A stretch of DNA of 63,654 bases, filler included. It is 8 parts of 8 records of this genome, joined end to end, with 100 filler letters (N's around TTAATTAATTAA, not from the genome) between each part and the next. Parts side by side here need not be neighbours in the genome. Positions count along the whole stretch, not along the records: positions 15,890 to 28,965 come from SRR31147125_4808; positions 29,066 to 36,942 come from SRR31147125_4813; 6 more parts are not named here. One strand, given 5' to 3'. Shown piece after piece: positions 21,201 to 31,277 of this stretch. Numbering within the stretch: the first letter of the stretch is position 1; every line of letters starts with the position of its first letter. A program made the position numbers and the translations under genes. A model generated the notes under the pieces. It worked only from the letters and a program-made list of their open reading frames with translations. It ran no database searches and had not been told where the DNA came from.

Positions 21201-21537
21201 CAGGTGGACACCATCGAATGAGCATACAACTGTGGCTGGTTTTAGTACGTCAAATGTCACTTATGTACAATCTTCTCAATTTGTGGAAGACGGCAGTTTT
21301 ATTCGTTTGAGTAATCTTACACTTGGGTATACTTTTCCTCAGAGTATTCTTAATAACAAGCTTAGGGATGCAAGAATATACTTTAGTGGACAGAACTTAT
21401 TTGTTATCACCAATTATTCTGGTTTAGATCCAGAATTGAGCTCAACACCCAACTATTCAGATGTTGCTCAGGGAATTGACAATGGCACCTATCCGGCAAC
21501 AAGAACTTTTACATTAGGAGTTAAGGTGGCATTTTAA
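18211..21537 (+). CDS. SusC-like TonB-dependent transporter with N-terminal STN domain
   Basis: STN, CarboxypepD_reg, plug (KDASSTAIYGSRGANGV), LKWETT, YPATRTFTLGVKVAF C-terminus. Real start may be 18259, or 18201 with a slip. Confidence 0.97.
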   Translation: MMNCYGCILAVEKIIIMRNALFILLVSTLQVLATGSYSQTTKLNLEMKGATVKEVLSKIEDESEFYFLYNSELVDVEKKVDISIKNKKVNEVLNQLFDTNKVEFLFKDRHVVISPKKEIVPQQKSVSGKVTDENGELLPGVTVIIKGTSKGTVTDIDGNFTLQGISANDVLSFSFVGMITREITIVNQSTVNITLVADAIGIEEVVAIGYGVAKKSDLTGSVSSISNSTIEKQPIIRVEDALKGQAAGVQVQQPNGAPGSGMKIRIRGANSINGSNDPLYVIDGFVGADIISLNPNEIASINVLKDASSTAIYGSRGANGVVIITTKTAKTGDAKIEFESFYSVNQISKTYDLLDGVQYMETINERHAAIGVNAQFSQDEIDAIRANGGTDWQDEVFRQGATQNYQLSFSGGTEKTKYYLSGSIADQDGIIINSDYKRYGLRTNINSKLRKNFDLAFTMYSTYEESRNNYNQNGRNAPAGVALIYPSNIPIWDDETNNYTESPSYGPIAANPIFSAKERIYDNKKFQTLAHLDLKYQITEALSLSIGGGAKGYFFDNPFLKTASPISPVSNTEAGHSNGYGWNLQNTNTLNYLKHFAEKHLFSATVVYEQQMNISRSNSSWATGFPTISLGYDNLGLGDTRRVNSGYQDWSLQSFLGRLNYTFDGKYLFTATFRADGSSKFYGDNKYGYFPSGAFAWRMSNEPFIKQIDAIQNLKLRASYGLTGSQAVGPYKTLSLLSLGQNFSYDGSTNQSIGIGPGVAANPDLKWETTSQVNIGLDFGLFKGRLSGTADYYRKETTDLLMNLSVPLYSGGGAITQNVGSLENKGFEFLLSGVIVDKSNFKINTSINLSLNRNKLLDLGDETEIFTDGGYSDASYSAPPFILKVGEPMGQFRGLVFDGLWQSDEAAMAAEYGKVPGDSKYIDVDGNKSYGGEDMVNIGCAQPDFIWGWNTTMEYGNFDFSLFVNGVQGNDVWNQTRWLTIGMGADVKNPTSVDIQNRWTPSNEHTTVAGFSTSNVTYVQSSQFVEDGSFIRLSNLTLGYTFPQSILNNKLRDARIYFSGQNLFVITNYSGLDPELSSTPNYSDVAQGIDNGTYPATRTFTLGVKVAF

Positions 21538-21574
21538 TTAATAACGATATTAAATAAAAAAAAACAGTATTCTC

Positions 21575-23077
21575 ATGAAGTTCAATAATAAGAGATATAA
21601 TATATTTTTCTTGATGGTTTTAGGTCTGGTAACCTTTTCTTGTCAAGATTTGGAAGAAAATCCTCTAGGTTCGTTAGTAAATGAATCATTCTTTAAAACA
21701 GAGTCCGATCTTGAAGCAGCTGTCACTGCAACATATCGTCCGTTAATTCAAGACCCTTGGGGTGGATTTGGATCAACAAGAATGTGGATTCCACTGATGG
21801 GTGCCGATGATTTAACTACACATCCTGGATCAAATAAACAAGATTTTCGTGAATTTGACCGTTTCGCAGGTACTTCTCTAAATCCTGCACTTTTAGGTGG
21901 TGCATGGAGAAATCCGTTCGATATGGTTTACGCTGCAAACAATGTTCTAGAGAACTATGAAAAAATTGAAGGGGGAGAAGAATTCATCCTTCAGTCGGTT
22001 GCACAAGTTCGTTTTTTAAGGGCTTTTGCATATTTCTGGATGACCAGGGTTTATGGAGATCTGCCTCTTGTAACTTCAGTTGTTACCGATTTGGAAATTG
22101 AATTATCTTCTGTTGCTGATGTGTATGCTTTAATTGTTGAAGACTTACAGTTTGCAAAAAACAATTTACCAAACTCATGGGCTGGTGAACCAGGAAAACC
22201 TACTTCCTGGGCTGCAAAATCTGTTCTTGCACAAGTTTATTTAACAATGGCTGGCTGGCCATTAAAAGATGAATCGAAATATGCGCTTGCTGCTGCTGAA
22301 GCTAAAGATGTAATTGACAACGGGCCTCATGTTTTATTAGATGATTTTGCAGATTTGTGGAAAATGAGCTCTGATAACAATGCCGAATTTATTTGGTCAT
22401 ATCAGTTTACAGGGATTGCGGGGAACCCTCAGTTAACTTCCATTATTGGGTGTACGACCATGCCAGGCGAAGAAGGTGGTTGGGATGACGTTATGTTTGA
22501 AATTGGTTTTTATAACCGTTTCCCTGAAGGTGCACGTAAGGATGCAACTTTCCATACTCAATTTCTTGATAAAAATTTAGGGGAGCCAGTTATCACTTTT
22601 GAAGAAAGTGCAACTAAACATCCATATATCGAGAAATACAGGGATGGTGCATTAACTTATTTGCCAAGTTACGAGCATAAATTTATGACTGGTCGAGATA
22701 TTTGTTATATCCGTTATGCTGAAGTTTTATTGGCTTACGCTGAAGCACAAGCAATGGCTGATGGTACTCCAAATGGGTCTGCTTACGATTGTGTAAACAA
22801 AGTTAGGACACGTGCCGGTCTTGAAGATTTAACACCTGGATTAGACCAGTTAGCTTTTAGAGATGCAGTAATTGATGAACGAGGATGGGAACTTGCAGCT
22901 GAATTTTCTCGTTGGTTCGATCTAATCAGGACTGAAAAAGTAGAAGAAATGAATGCTTTGAAAGATCCATTAGATATGGCTCCGCTAAATTCGATTGATA
23001 AATCGAAATATCACGCACCTATTCCTTACAGTGAAATTTTGTTGAATCCGAATTTGGCAAAATCAACTCAATACTAA
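21575..23077 (+). CDS. SusD/RagB-like lipoprotein
   Basis: Lipobox TFSC, RFLRAFAYF, RYAEVLL, ERGWELAAEFSRWFDLIR. Confidence 0.95.
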   Translation: MKFNNKRYNIFFLMVLGLVTFSCQDLEENPLGSLVNESFFKTESDLEAAVTATYRPLIQDPWGGFGSTRMWIPLMGADDLTTHPGSNKQDFREFDRFAGTSLNPALLGGAWRNPFDMVYAANNVLENYEKIEGGEEFILQSVAQVRFLRAFAYFWMTRVYGDLPLVTSVVTDLEIELSSVADVYALIVEDLQFAKNNLPNSWAGEPGKPTSWAAKSVLAQVYLTMAGWPLKDESKYALAAAEAKDVIDNGPHVLLDDFADLWKMSSDNNAEFIWSYQFTGIAGNPQLTSIIGCTTMPGEEGGWDDVMFEIGFYNRFPEGARKDATFHTQFLDKNLGEPVITFEESATKHPYIEKYRDGALTYLPSYEHKFMTGRDICYIRYAEVLLAYAEAQAMADGTPNGSAYDCVNKVRTRAGLEDLTPGLDQLAFRDAVIDERGWELAAEFSRWFDLIRTEKVEEMNALKDPLDMAPLNSIDKSKYHAPIPYSEILLNPNLAKSTQY

Positions 23078-23096
23078 TATTTAGAAAATATATAAT

Positions 23097-23129
23097 GTAT
23101 CTCCCTGTAATTTTATAGGGAGATACTTT
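23097..23129 (+). terminator. Hairpin after susD
   Basis: GTATCTCCCT...AGGGAGATAC stem followed by TTT. Confidence 0.6.
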
Positions 23130-23528
23130 ATTCTTAATATATAGAATTGAGCGTATTCTCAAAGTCTCAATTATCACTATTAGAATATAAGAGAGTTGAT
23201 TAAGTGTTGGTACTGCTGTGGAGTAAAAAATAAAAGCAACATTCTCATTTATTTGACTCTGTTATGGAGAATGGCGACTCTGTGATATAGGGATACTTTA
23301 AATTAACCTGAAATCATGTAAGAATTAATTCTTGTCCTCAAAGCTGAACTAATAATTTTTTTGAAATAGTGCAGATCATATATGATGTGTAACTCAAGGT
23401 TATGTTTCTTCTTTTGAAAAGTCAGGAAATATGGTCTTAAATGATGATAATCTAAGTTGGAGTAAGTATATACTTAAACATGCTTCATTATTAGTCAATT
23501 CTTAAGGATAAGCAGTTTTATAACGAAA

Positions 23529-24368
23529 ATGAAACAATCAATATTAAAGCTTTTGTATGGGGGGCTTATCCTGTTTTTTGGAATAGAACTAAGTGCCCAA
23601 AATAGAGATGAAACATCTAAATATACTCTTCTAAAAGATATTAACTACCATAGTTCTCAGAAGGTTGAAACCAATGAATATATTTTAGAACGCTGTAACC
23701 TTGATTTATATTATCCGAAAGGAGTCAGAGATTTTGCTACAGTAATATGGTTTCATGGCGGTGGAATTAAAGCTGGCAATAAATTTATTCCGGATAAGCT
23801 AAAAGAAAAAGGTATTGCAGTGGTAGCTGTAAATTATAGGTTAAGTCCGAAAGTAAAATGCCCGGTATATATTGAAGATGCCGCAGCTGCAGTTGCATGG
23901 GTATTTCAGAATATTAAAAATTACGGTGGAGAGAACTCTAAAATAATTATTTCCGGTCATTCTGCCGGAGGTTATTTAACGAGTATGATTGGACTGGATA
24001 AAAGATATTTGTTAGCCCACGATATTGATGCCAATAATATTGCAATGTTAATACCATTTAGCGGGCATACAATTACACATATGACGGTAAGAGAAGAGAA
24101 TGGTATATCGGATAAGCAACCGATTATTGATGAATTTGCTCCCTTGTTTTACGTACGGGAGGATGCTCCACCTTTTATTCAGATTACCGGAGACCGCAAT
24201 CGTGAAATATTGGGGCGTTACGAAGAGAATGCATATATGTATCGTATGATGAAAGTTGTTGGACACAAACAATCTAAACTATACGAGTTGGATGCTTTTG
24301 ACCATGTTGGAATGCTTTCACCCGCATTTGAGATTCTTCTTCAGGAAATGGAATCAATAACCAACTAA
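23529..24368 (+). CDS. Secreted alpha/beta-hydrolase (carbohydrate esterase-like)
   Basis: Signal peptide, HGGG oxyanion hole, GHSAG nucleophile, C-terminal DH. Confidence 0.9.
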   Translation: MKQSILKLLYGGLILFFGIELSAQNRDETSKYTLLKDINYHSSQKVETNEYILERCNLDLYYPKGVRDFATVIWFHGGGIKAGNKFIPDKLKEKGIAVVAVNYRLSPKVKCPVYIEDAAAAVAWVFQNIKNYGGENSKIIISGHSAGGYLTSMIGLDKRYLLAHDIDANNIAMLIPFSGHTITHMTVREENGISDKQPIIDEFAPLFYVREDAPPFIQITGDRNREILGRYEENAYMYRMMKVVGHKQSKLYELDAFDHVGMLSPAFEILLQEMESITN

Positions 24369-24429
24369 TTTTCTGAGGTTGAATATTAGAATTTATACAA
24401 TAAAAGAGATGAATTAGGAAAGATAAAAC

Positions 24430-26646
24430 TTGAGCCAAATGAGTGGAATAATGAAATATTTAATGTTGTGCCTCCTTCTATTAATATTTTTTAATTCGGA
24501 ATGCAGCGAAACTATAGCCCTAAAAAAATGGAATTACACAAGTGGTAATTACATATTAAAATGGGATTTCGCTGGAGATGAGGCACAAATGCTACAGGCA
24601 GATAATCATAAGGTTATTTGGAAAGGAAGCCTTCTGCCTGCATTTTGGCTTCAGGATTCAAACAAACAAAAAAGATATGTTAAAGCTATTGTAACATCAG
24701 TAGAACCATCAGACGAAGATGTTGAAACAAAGCTAATAATACAGTTTGCTGAATTAGGAGTCGGACATATTTCAATTATCAAAGAATCATGGGGAGTTTC
24801 TCTTGCAGATTTTCAGGTAAAGTGGAATGATGAGAATGTCGAAATTATAGATCTATATTTTGGAACATCTTTAATTCCAGAAGGACGTCAAAGTTTAATG
24901 GATGAAGATAATCCACCATTTTCCCCTGATTGGGATGCCTTTGGTTATTGTGTGCCGGGAGCAAAAGAAGGAACCGTGCAAAGTTATTTCAGAATGTGGG
25001 ATTTTGGGCAATCCAATATTTCACTGGGTAGTTTTGCCCCTTCAATGGGAACTCCTTACGGTGCGGCTTTCCCACGACCTGTTTTAGCGATGGCAATGGG
25101 AAACAAAGATGGAATGATGGTGTTTGGTGCAGGAAGTATCCCCGATGCTCCAATGACACTAAAAATGAGATCGTCATTAGGTTGTATTAATTATTTGTAT
25201 CGCGAAGATTTATGGGGTGCAGGAACAAAGGAACGTTACTGGGAAAATCCACTACGTTTGGCATTTGGAAAAAAATCGTGGATTGCATTTCAAAATTATT
25301 TCGCTTCTTTTCCTGAAAAAGAAGGCCTTCCATTATCACACTCAACATCTATTTGGAATACATGGGGGAATTGGCGTCATAAAGAATATCCAATTCGTCC
25401 GATGATTGATTTTGCAAAAAAAATAGGCGCCGAAACATTTGTAATTGATGATCCTTGGGAAAAATCGCAGGGGCTTGGAAAGCCAAATATAACACTGTTT
25501 CCTGATATTTTTGAAGACCTTAGATATGCTCATGATAATAAATTGACCCATGGTATATGGGAAACTCTTGGCTGGATTGGCGACACTGTTGCTTGCGGAT
25601 TAACAAAGGAGGATCTTATTTGCGATAAAAATGGAAATCCTTGTATTGGAAGCTGGAATTTTAATCCATTTGCAGAAGGTTATTTCTGCATCGATATCAG
25701 TTCTCAACACGCCCGTGATTTTCTAACGCAGCGAACCATTTCTTCCATGAAAACCATGAATCCTTCCTTAATAAAACTCGATTTTGGTTATGGAATGCCA
25801 AATCCAAATATTGGAGTGCCTAAAAATCCGAAGCTTAGAGGCGAGAGGTATTCTTACGAATTAATGAAACTGATAGTGGAGGCTGCTAAAAGTGTTAATC
25901 CGAATGTTACCATCATGTATTATGGTATTAGTCCACTTTTTCATCATTTGTCGGATATGATTTCTTTGGATGACCAGGGGGATATGTGGTATGCTACAAA
26001 AAGTGGACACGATCAATGGACAATATGGGCTTCATTACTTTGCGACAAACAAATTGCCATTAGTGGTTCTTCCAGTTACAACTGGCATACCGATGATCAT
26101 GTTATTCTAAATAGTTTTATTTTGGGCTCACCAGGGGCTGTACTCGGCACTCATCTTGATGATGGAAGTCCTGTTCCGGAAAAATACCTCAACCGCCGTT
26201 TGGCAATTAACAAATGGTATCGCAAAACTATTCAGTGGAAACCGCTTTGGCTAAACAGTCAATTGGGCGATTTCGACAACCCTCCATGCATTAATTGTGT
26301 GGCCCGTGTCGAAAAATTCAGTGGCAAAGCTCTGCAAACCGCACTTGTTCTTAATGGCAAAAAAGATGATAATCAACAGATACTTCAGCAATACGAATGG
26401 GAAGGACGATGGGCATTGGTTTCGCAAACTAACGAAGCTATCTCAGAAACAAAAAAGCTGGCAATAATACCGTTTGATGAAGGCTTTATTCAAATTAAAA
26501 TGCCTGTTAAACCGCAAAGTATCAGCTGCCTGAATATTCACCAAACAAGCTTGTTCGAAAACTGGGAGTGGAAAGATGGAATAGTTTCTATCAATATTAC
26601 CCAAGAAGAACTTGCAAAAACGGCTGGTTTTATAATTGAACGTTAA
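24430..26646 (+). CDS. Divergent clan GH-D (GH27/31/36-like) glycoside hydrolase
   Basis: WNTWG, FVIDDPW and LIKLDF TIM-barrel motifs after a beta-rich N-terminus. Signal peptide from the ATG at 24451. Located in a PUL. Confidence 0.65.
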   Translation: MSQMSGIMKYLMLCLLLLIFFNSECSETIALKKWNYTSGNYILKWDFAGDEAQMLQADNHKVIWKGSLLPAFWLQDSNKQKRYVKAIVTSVEPSDEDVETKLIIQFAELGVGHISIIKESWGVSLADFQVKWNDENVEIIDLYFGTSLIPEGRQSLMDEDNPPFSPDWDAFGYCVPGAKEGTVQSYFRMWDFGQSNISLGSFAPSMGTPYGAAFPRPVLAMAMGNKDGMMVFGAGSIPDAPMTLKMRSSLGCINYLYREDLWGAGTKERYWENPLRLAFGKKSWIAFQNYFASFPEKEGLPLSHSTSIWNTWGNWRHKEYPIRPMIDFAKKIGAETFVIDDPWEKSQGLGKPNITLFPDIFEDLRYAHDNKLTHGIWETLGWIGDTVACGLTKEDLICDKNGNPCIGSWNFNPFAEGYFCIDISSQHARDFLTQRTISSMKTMNPSLIKLDFGYGMPNPNIGVPKNPKLRGERYSYELMKLIVEAAKSVNPNVTIMYYGISPLFHHLSDMISLDDQGDMWYATKSGHDQWTIWASLLCDKQIAISGSSSYNWHTDDHVILNSFILGSPGAVLGTHLDDGSPVPEKYLNRRLAINKWYRKTIQWKPLWLNSQLGDFDNPPCINCVARVEKFSGKALQTALVLNGKKDDNQQILQQYEWEGRWALVSQTNEAISETKKLAIIPFDEGFIQIKMPVKPQSISCLNIHQTSLFENWEWKDGIVSINITQEELAKTAGFIIER

Positions 26647-26672
26647 GATTTGTTTCATCAAAAACTATAGAG

Positions 26673-28019
26673 ATGAAGAATAAAATATTTCGATTGGTTC
26701 CTGCTTTCAGTCTTTTTATACTGCTTGTTCTTTTCTTGAACTGCTCGGTAAAAAACAAAGGGAATGAGAATGTTACTGAAGCCTTACAAATAGATCATAT
26801 CTGGGCTGGTTGTCCTGTAAACTTTGATATACTTACTGCTGCTCCTTATCAATATGTGGCATATTACGATAGCTCAAGGTATATGTGTATTGCTCAGCGA
26901 AATCTGTCAGATAATAATTGGACAAAAACCCGTTTGCCTTCTCAAATAAAGTGGGATTCTCATAATTATATCACCATGGCATTAGATAGCAAAGGGCATT
27001 TACATGTTTCAGGAAATATGCATGTGGTACCATTGGTTTATTTTCAATCAGACAAACCCTATGATGCCAGTAGTTTAAAACAGCGCACAAGTTTAATTGG
27101 GAGCTTTGAAAGTGCAGTGACTTACCCTAAATTCTTTAATGCTCCCAATGGCGATTTAATATTTACATACCGTATAGGTAGCAGTGGAAAAGGGAACCAG
27201 ATTTACAATAGGTATAATGCAGAAACACAGCAATGGAGCCGTCTTCTCGACACACCTCTTGTCGATGGTGAAGGAAAATCAAATGCTTATTTGCATGGTC
27301 CAATAATTGGACCTGATGGATATTTTCATTTGGTATGGGTTTGGAGAATGAACCCTGATGCCAACTCCAATTGCAACATCAGCTATTCAAAAAGTAAGGA
27401 TCTTATTCACTGGGAGAAAAGTGATGGCTCTGTTCAGCAACTTCCTATTACAATGAAGAATTGCGATATTATTGACCCTATACCTGTTGGAAATGGTTTG
27501 TTAAATGGAAATACGAAAATTGGATTTGATTTAGAAAATAGAGTCATTGTTTCGTATCACAAATACGACGAACAGGGGAATATCCAGATTTTTAATGCCC
27601 GTAGTAAAAATAATAAGTGGCATGTTTTTCAGGCAACAGATTGGAATTGGAAATGGAATTTTGGCGGCTGGGGATCAATGATTTCCCGTGTTGGTCTTTC
27701 AGAGGTTGCTATTGAGGATGGTCAGCTTATTCAGTCTTTTTTTATTGATACAGTAGGTCATCAGAAGTATTTAATAAACGAGAAAAACCTACATGCAACA
27801 ATTCAGCAAGAATACCAAACACCCTATCTGGAAAACCTCCGTAAATTAAGTGGGAAGTTGGATTCTGCGCAAGTTAATATCGTCACGGATTTGTCAAAAA
27901 AAGAAGGACGTTTTGTTTTGCGTTGGGAAACTTTAAAACGAAATCGAGATAAACCTTACAATTTTATTCCAAAATCCCAGCCGCTTTTATTATACCAAAT
28001 AAAGGAGTGTGGAAAATGA
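26673..28019 (+). CDS. BNR_4-family beta-propeller lipoprotein (PL24-like candidate)
   Basis: Lipobox FLNC; WDSHNYI, HLHVSGNMH, TYPKF, YRIGSSG, AYLHGP, SKDLIHW Asp-box. Confidence 0.75.
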   Translation: MKNKIFRLVPAFSLFILLVLFLNCSVKNKGNENVTEALQIDHIWAGCPVNFDILTAAPYQYVAYYDSSRYMCIAQRNLSDNNWTKTRLPSQIKWDSHNYITMALDSKGHLHVSGNMHVVPLVYFQSDKPYDASSLKQRTSLIGSFESAVTYPKFFNAPNGDLIFTYRIGSSGKGNQIYNRYNAETQQWSRLLDTPLVDGEGKSNAYLHGPIIGPDGYFHLVWVWRMNPDANSNCNISYSKSKDLIHWEKSDGSVQQLPITMKNCDIIDPIPVGNGLLNGNTKIGFDLENRVIVSYHKYDEQGNIQIFNARSKNNKWHVFQATDWNWKWNFGGWGSMISRVGLSEVAIEDGQLIQSFFIDTVGHQKYLINEKNLHATIQQEYQTPYLENLRKLSGKLDSAQVNIVTDLSKKEGRFVLRWETLKRNRDKPYNFIPKSQPLLLYQIKECGK

Positions 28020-28965
28020 AAAATTTAAACTTTACAGTTTTACTTTTCCTGTTAAGTACTTTTCTGAATGCTCAGGAATCAAATCATAAAACCAATATCG
28101 ATTGGGAGCATCAAAGACACAGTTGGGAGTCATCATGGATTAGTCATCCAAATGCTTCTGTATTTGATTATGCCGTTTTCAATTTTAGGAGAACTTTTAG
28201 TCTGGACGAAGTTAAAACCTCTTCAATTATTCATGTTTCCGCCGATAATCGTTATCGTTTGTTTGTGAATGGTACTGAAGTCGCAACTGGTCCGGCGAAG
28301 GGAACACTCCAGTATTGGAGGTACGAAACCATCGATATTTCTTCTTATTTACATTCGGGAGAAAATGTAATTGCTGCTGAGGTATTCAATTTTGGGGAAT
28401 TCAGACCTGCAGCTCAGTTCTCAAGCAGAACAGCATTTATTTTACAAGGGAACGACTATCTGGCTGAGAAGTTAAATACAGGCAATACAGATTGGCTTTG
28501 TAAACAAAACAAAGCTTATTCGGCAATTCCTGTAACCAATAAAGTGGTCAAACATTTTTATGTTGCAGGCCCTTGTGATTCAATCAGAGGCGAGATATAC
28601 CCATGGGATTGGCAGGATTTTAATTTTGACGATAGCAAATGGCTGAGTTCTAAAAATATTGAAAGAGGCGCCGGCAGAGGTTATTTACATGGTGTTCATT
28701 GGAATTTGATTCCACGAAATATTCCGATGATGACCAAGGACCAGACTCGTTTAGCGAAAGTGGCAAGAACAAATGGAATTAAAGTTCCTGATGGTTTTGT
28801 TGAAGGAATGGATAACCTAACTGTGCCTCCCAACTCAAAAGTGAAAATCCTTTTGGATAATAAGCAGCTCACAGTTGGTTATCCTGAGATGATTGTTTCG
28901 GCTGGTATGAATAGTTCGATAAAAGTAATTTATTCAGAAGCTCTTTATAAAAAGAATGGGAAAAA
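28016..28965 (+). CDS. Alpha-L-rhamnosidase (GH78) N-terminal region, truncated by gap
   Basis: HVSADNRYRLFVNG, WRYETIDI, GENVIAAEV, LIPRNIP, LDNKQLTVGYP, YSEAL. ATGA overlap with the upstream gene. Confidence 0.85.
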
Positions 28966-29065
28966 NNNNNNNNNNNNNNNNNNNNNNNNNNNNNNNNNNN
29001 NNNNNNNNNTTAATTAATTAANNNNNNNNNNNNNNNNNNNNNNNNNNNNNNNNNNNNNNNNNNNN
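28966..29065. other. Artificial contig linker
   Basis: N44-TTAATTAATTAA-N44. Confidence 0.99.
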
Positions 29066-29523
29066 AAATGCCTTATTACAGTGGCGACCCTGTTTATATA
29101 GATGATGATGAGGCTGCAGCAGGTGCTACCATGCTTAGAGATGGTGAAATTGCTGACCTGTTAACTCAGGATGCTTACGATCTTTCTACCGATGGTTTGG
29201 AAAAAGTGTATATTCAGCAGTACATTAACTTTATGAATACGCCTAATGATATTTGGACTACTGTTCGTCGTTCGGGTTGTCCGAAAAAAGAAAGTTCTTA
29301 TCTGGCATGGGAAGACTTTACCGTATCTGGTAACGAAATTCCAATTCCACGTCGATTTACTGTAAGTACACCAACCGAAGACGATATTAATTATGCAAAC
29401 CAGATGTCTTCTGTTCAAGAGCAAGGTTTTACTACCGGAACTCCTGCCCCAACAGTATTAAGTGCCGAACGCCTTTGGTTTGATGAAGGAAATCCAGAAT
29501 ATGGAGAAGGCCCTAATAACTAA
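29066..29523 (+). CDS. SusD-like protein, C-terminal fragment
   Basis: LEKVYIQQYINF..P.DIWTTVRRSGCP, IPRRF and RLWFD are typical of the SusD-like C-terminus. Confidence 0.85.
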
Positions 29524-29573
29524 CTTAATGATGCAATTTTTCATAGATAAATAGTTTGGTTAGCTTTATCTTT

Positions 29574-29605
29574 AAAACCGCTGTTCGTTGTGTTCAGCGG
29601 TTTTT
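29574..29605 (+). terminator. Intrinsic terminator
   Basis: AAAACCGCTG...CAGCGGTTTTT. Confidence 0.7.
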
Positions 29606-29647
29606 CTTTATTAATACTGAAATACATAAAACTAAATTAATCCGCAT

Positions 29648-30331
29648 ATGAACATTAAAGTATTGATTATAATTTTTTGCCTTGGTGTAATTAGTATTGT
29701 GCCGGCAAAAGCTCAAAAACGCGAAGTGAAAGGAAAAGTAACGGCCTTTGGTAAAATTCCGTTACAAAAAGTTTCAATTACCTCTAAAAATATGGCAGAC
29801 GAAATTATTACTGATGAGAACGGCTGCTTTTCGTTTAGTTGCGATGAAAAAGAAAAGTTGACAATAAGTGCAAACGGCTTTTTTTCTGAAAAAGTGAAAC
29901 TGGGTGATTTGGCTGCAAACGACTCGTTGAAAGTTGATTTACGCTACAGAAAAGGAAAAAAGAATTTCGAAGTAGCTACGGGTTTCGGACATATTAGCGA
30001 GAAACAGCTTTCTTACGCAATAGAACACCTTGAAGCAGGCCCGGATTATAGTAGTTATTCTTCAATTTTGGACGCTATTGAAGGGAGAGTATCTGGAGTT
30101 TCAATAGGATATGGAGGAATTAATATAAGAGGTGCAAGTACGCTAAATCAGGGGCAAGTTAGCGCTCTATTGGTGGTTGATGGTACCATCGTAGACTTTA
30201 ATGTGTTTACAAATATTCCGCCATCCCAGGTAAAGTCGATAAGTGTAATTAAGGGCGCGGCAGCTGCGTCTCGTTATGGTTCGCGCGGAATGGGAGGAGC
30301 TGTTGTTGTTAAAACAAAAACTAAGAATTAG
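29648..30331 (+). CDS. Carboxypeptidase-regulatory-like + TonB plug domain protein (no beta-barrel)
   Basis: Signal peptide, VKGKV...TDENGCF, GRVSGV, LLVVDG, SISVIKGAAAASRYGSRGMGGAVVVKTK then stop. Confidence 0.85.
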   Translation: MNIKVLIIIFCLGVISIVPAKAQKREVKGKVTAFGKIPLQKVSITSKNMADEIITDENGCFSFSCDEKEKLTISANGFFSEKVKLGDLAANDSLKVDLRYRKGKKNFEVATGFGHISEKQLSYAIEHLEAGPDYSSYSSILDAIEGRVSGVSIGYGGINIRGASTLNQGQVSALLVVDGTIVDFNVFTNIPPSQVKSISVIKGAAAASRYGSRGMGGAVVVKTKTKN

Positions 30332-30406
30332 CAGGTGAATAGTATTGCCATATGTTGGAATGATTTTTGTAAATAATATAATTGTATAACCAATAATCCT
30401 AATAAA

Positions 30407-31066
30407 ATGAAACTTTTATATCTATTAAATCTAATCTTTTTTATTTCTCTTATTTCTTCTAATGTTAGTGCAAGTGATGTTGAGTTTTATGGAAAAATAA
30501 CCACGTTCGAAAAATACCCGTTGAATAAAGTTTCAATAACTGTGAAGAGCACTGAAAAAGAGGTATTTACCGAAAATGACGGGCGCTTTCGTATTGTATG
30601 CGAAGAGAATGACAAATTACAAATACGTGCAAATGGTTTCGCTACAAAAGTTATATCGCTAAACAAGTTAAACGGAGTTAATCCGATTGAGGTTAACTTA
30701 AAGTTGAAAAGCGGAAAACGAAACTTTGAATTGGCCACTGTTTACGGACATGTTAGTAGTGAGACATTGTCTCATGCAATTGAACTGGTTGAATCGAAAT
30801 TAGACTATGGTTCTTATGATAACATTTTAGATATTTTAACTGAGAAGAGTAACCGGGTTTCTGCCGGAGAAAGCGGATGTAGCATTGTTGGAATGCGTGG
30901 TACACCTTTATTTATTGTTGATGGCTCAGAGGTTCAGTATTCTTATTTTAAAAGTATTCCAACAACAGATATCGAATCGCTTGCCATACTTCGTAATACA
31001 GCCTCGGCAAGGTATGGAATGAAAGGATATGGAGGAGTAATAGAGCTTGTTACCAAATCGAAATAA
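30407..31066 (+). CDS. Paralogous carboxypeptidase-regulatory-like + TonB plug protein
   Basis: Same layout: TENDGRF, ISANGF-like IRANGF, NFELATVYGHV, PLFIVDG, ARYGMKGYGGVIELVTK. Confidence 0.85.
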   Translation: MKLLYLLNLIFFISLISSNVSASDVEFYGKITTFEKYPLNKVSITVKSTEKEVFTENDGRFRIVCEENDKLQIRANGFATKVISLNKLNGVNPIEVNLKLKSGKRNFELATVYGHVSSETLSHAIELVESKLDYGSYDNILDILTEKSNRVSAGESGCSIVGMRGTPLFIVDGSEVQYSYFKSIPTTDIESLAILRNTASARYGMKGYGGVIELVTKSK

Positions 31067-31096
31067 TAACAGATTATTTAATAATTTGCTTCAATA

Positions 31097-31127
31097 AAAG
31101 GTCGTCGGTAAAATACTGATGGCCTTT
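31097..31127 (+). terminator. Hairpin / terminator
   Basis: AAAGGTCGTCGGTA-AAA-TACTGATGGCCTTT with G-U pairs, T-rich tail. Confidence 0.55.
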
Positions 31128-31277
31128 CCTGTTTTTTGTGGGACTCAAACATAAATTAACGAAATAGCCACGATTATTCAATTTTAAAAAACATAAAATC
31201 TTTTTAAAATAATTTAGTTATTACTTGACATTGTCTTAAAAGTTTCTTTAATTGCAGATTGATTTAACCTAACTGTT

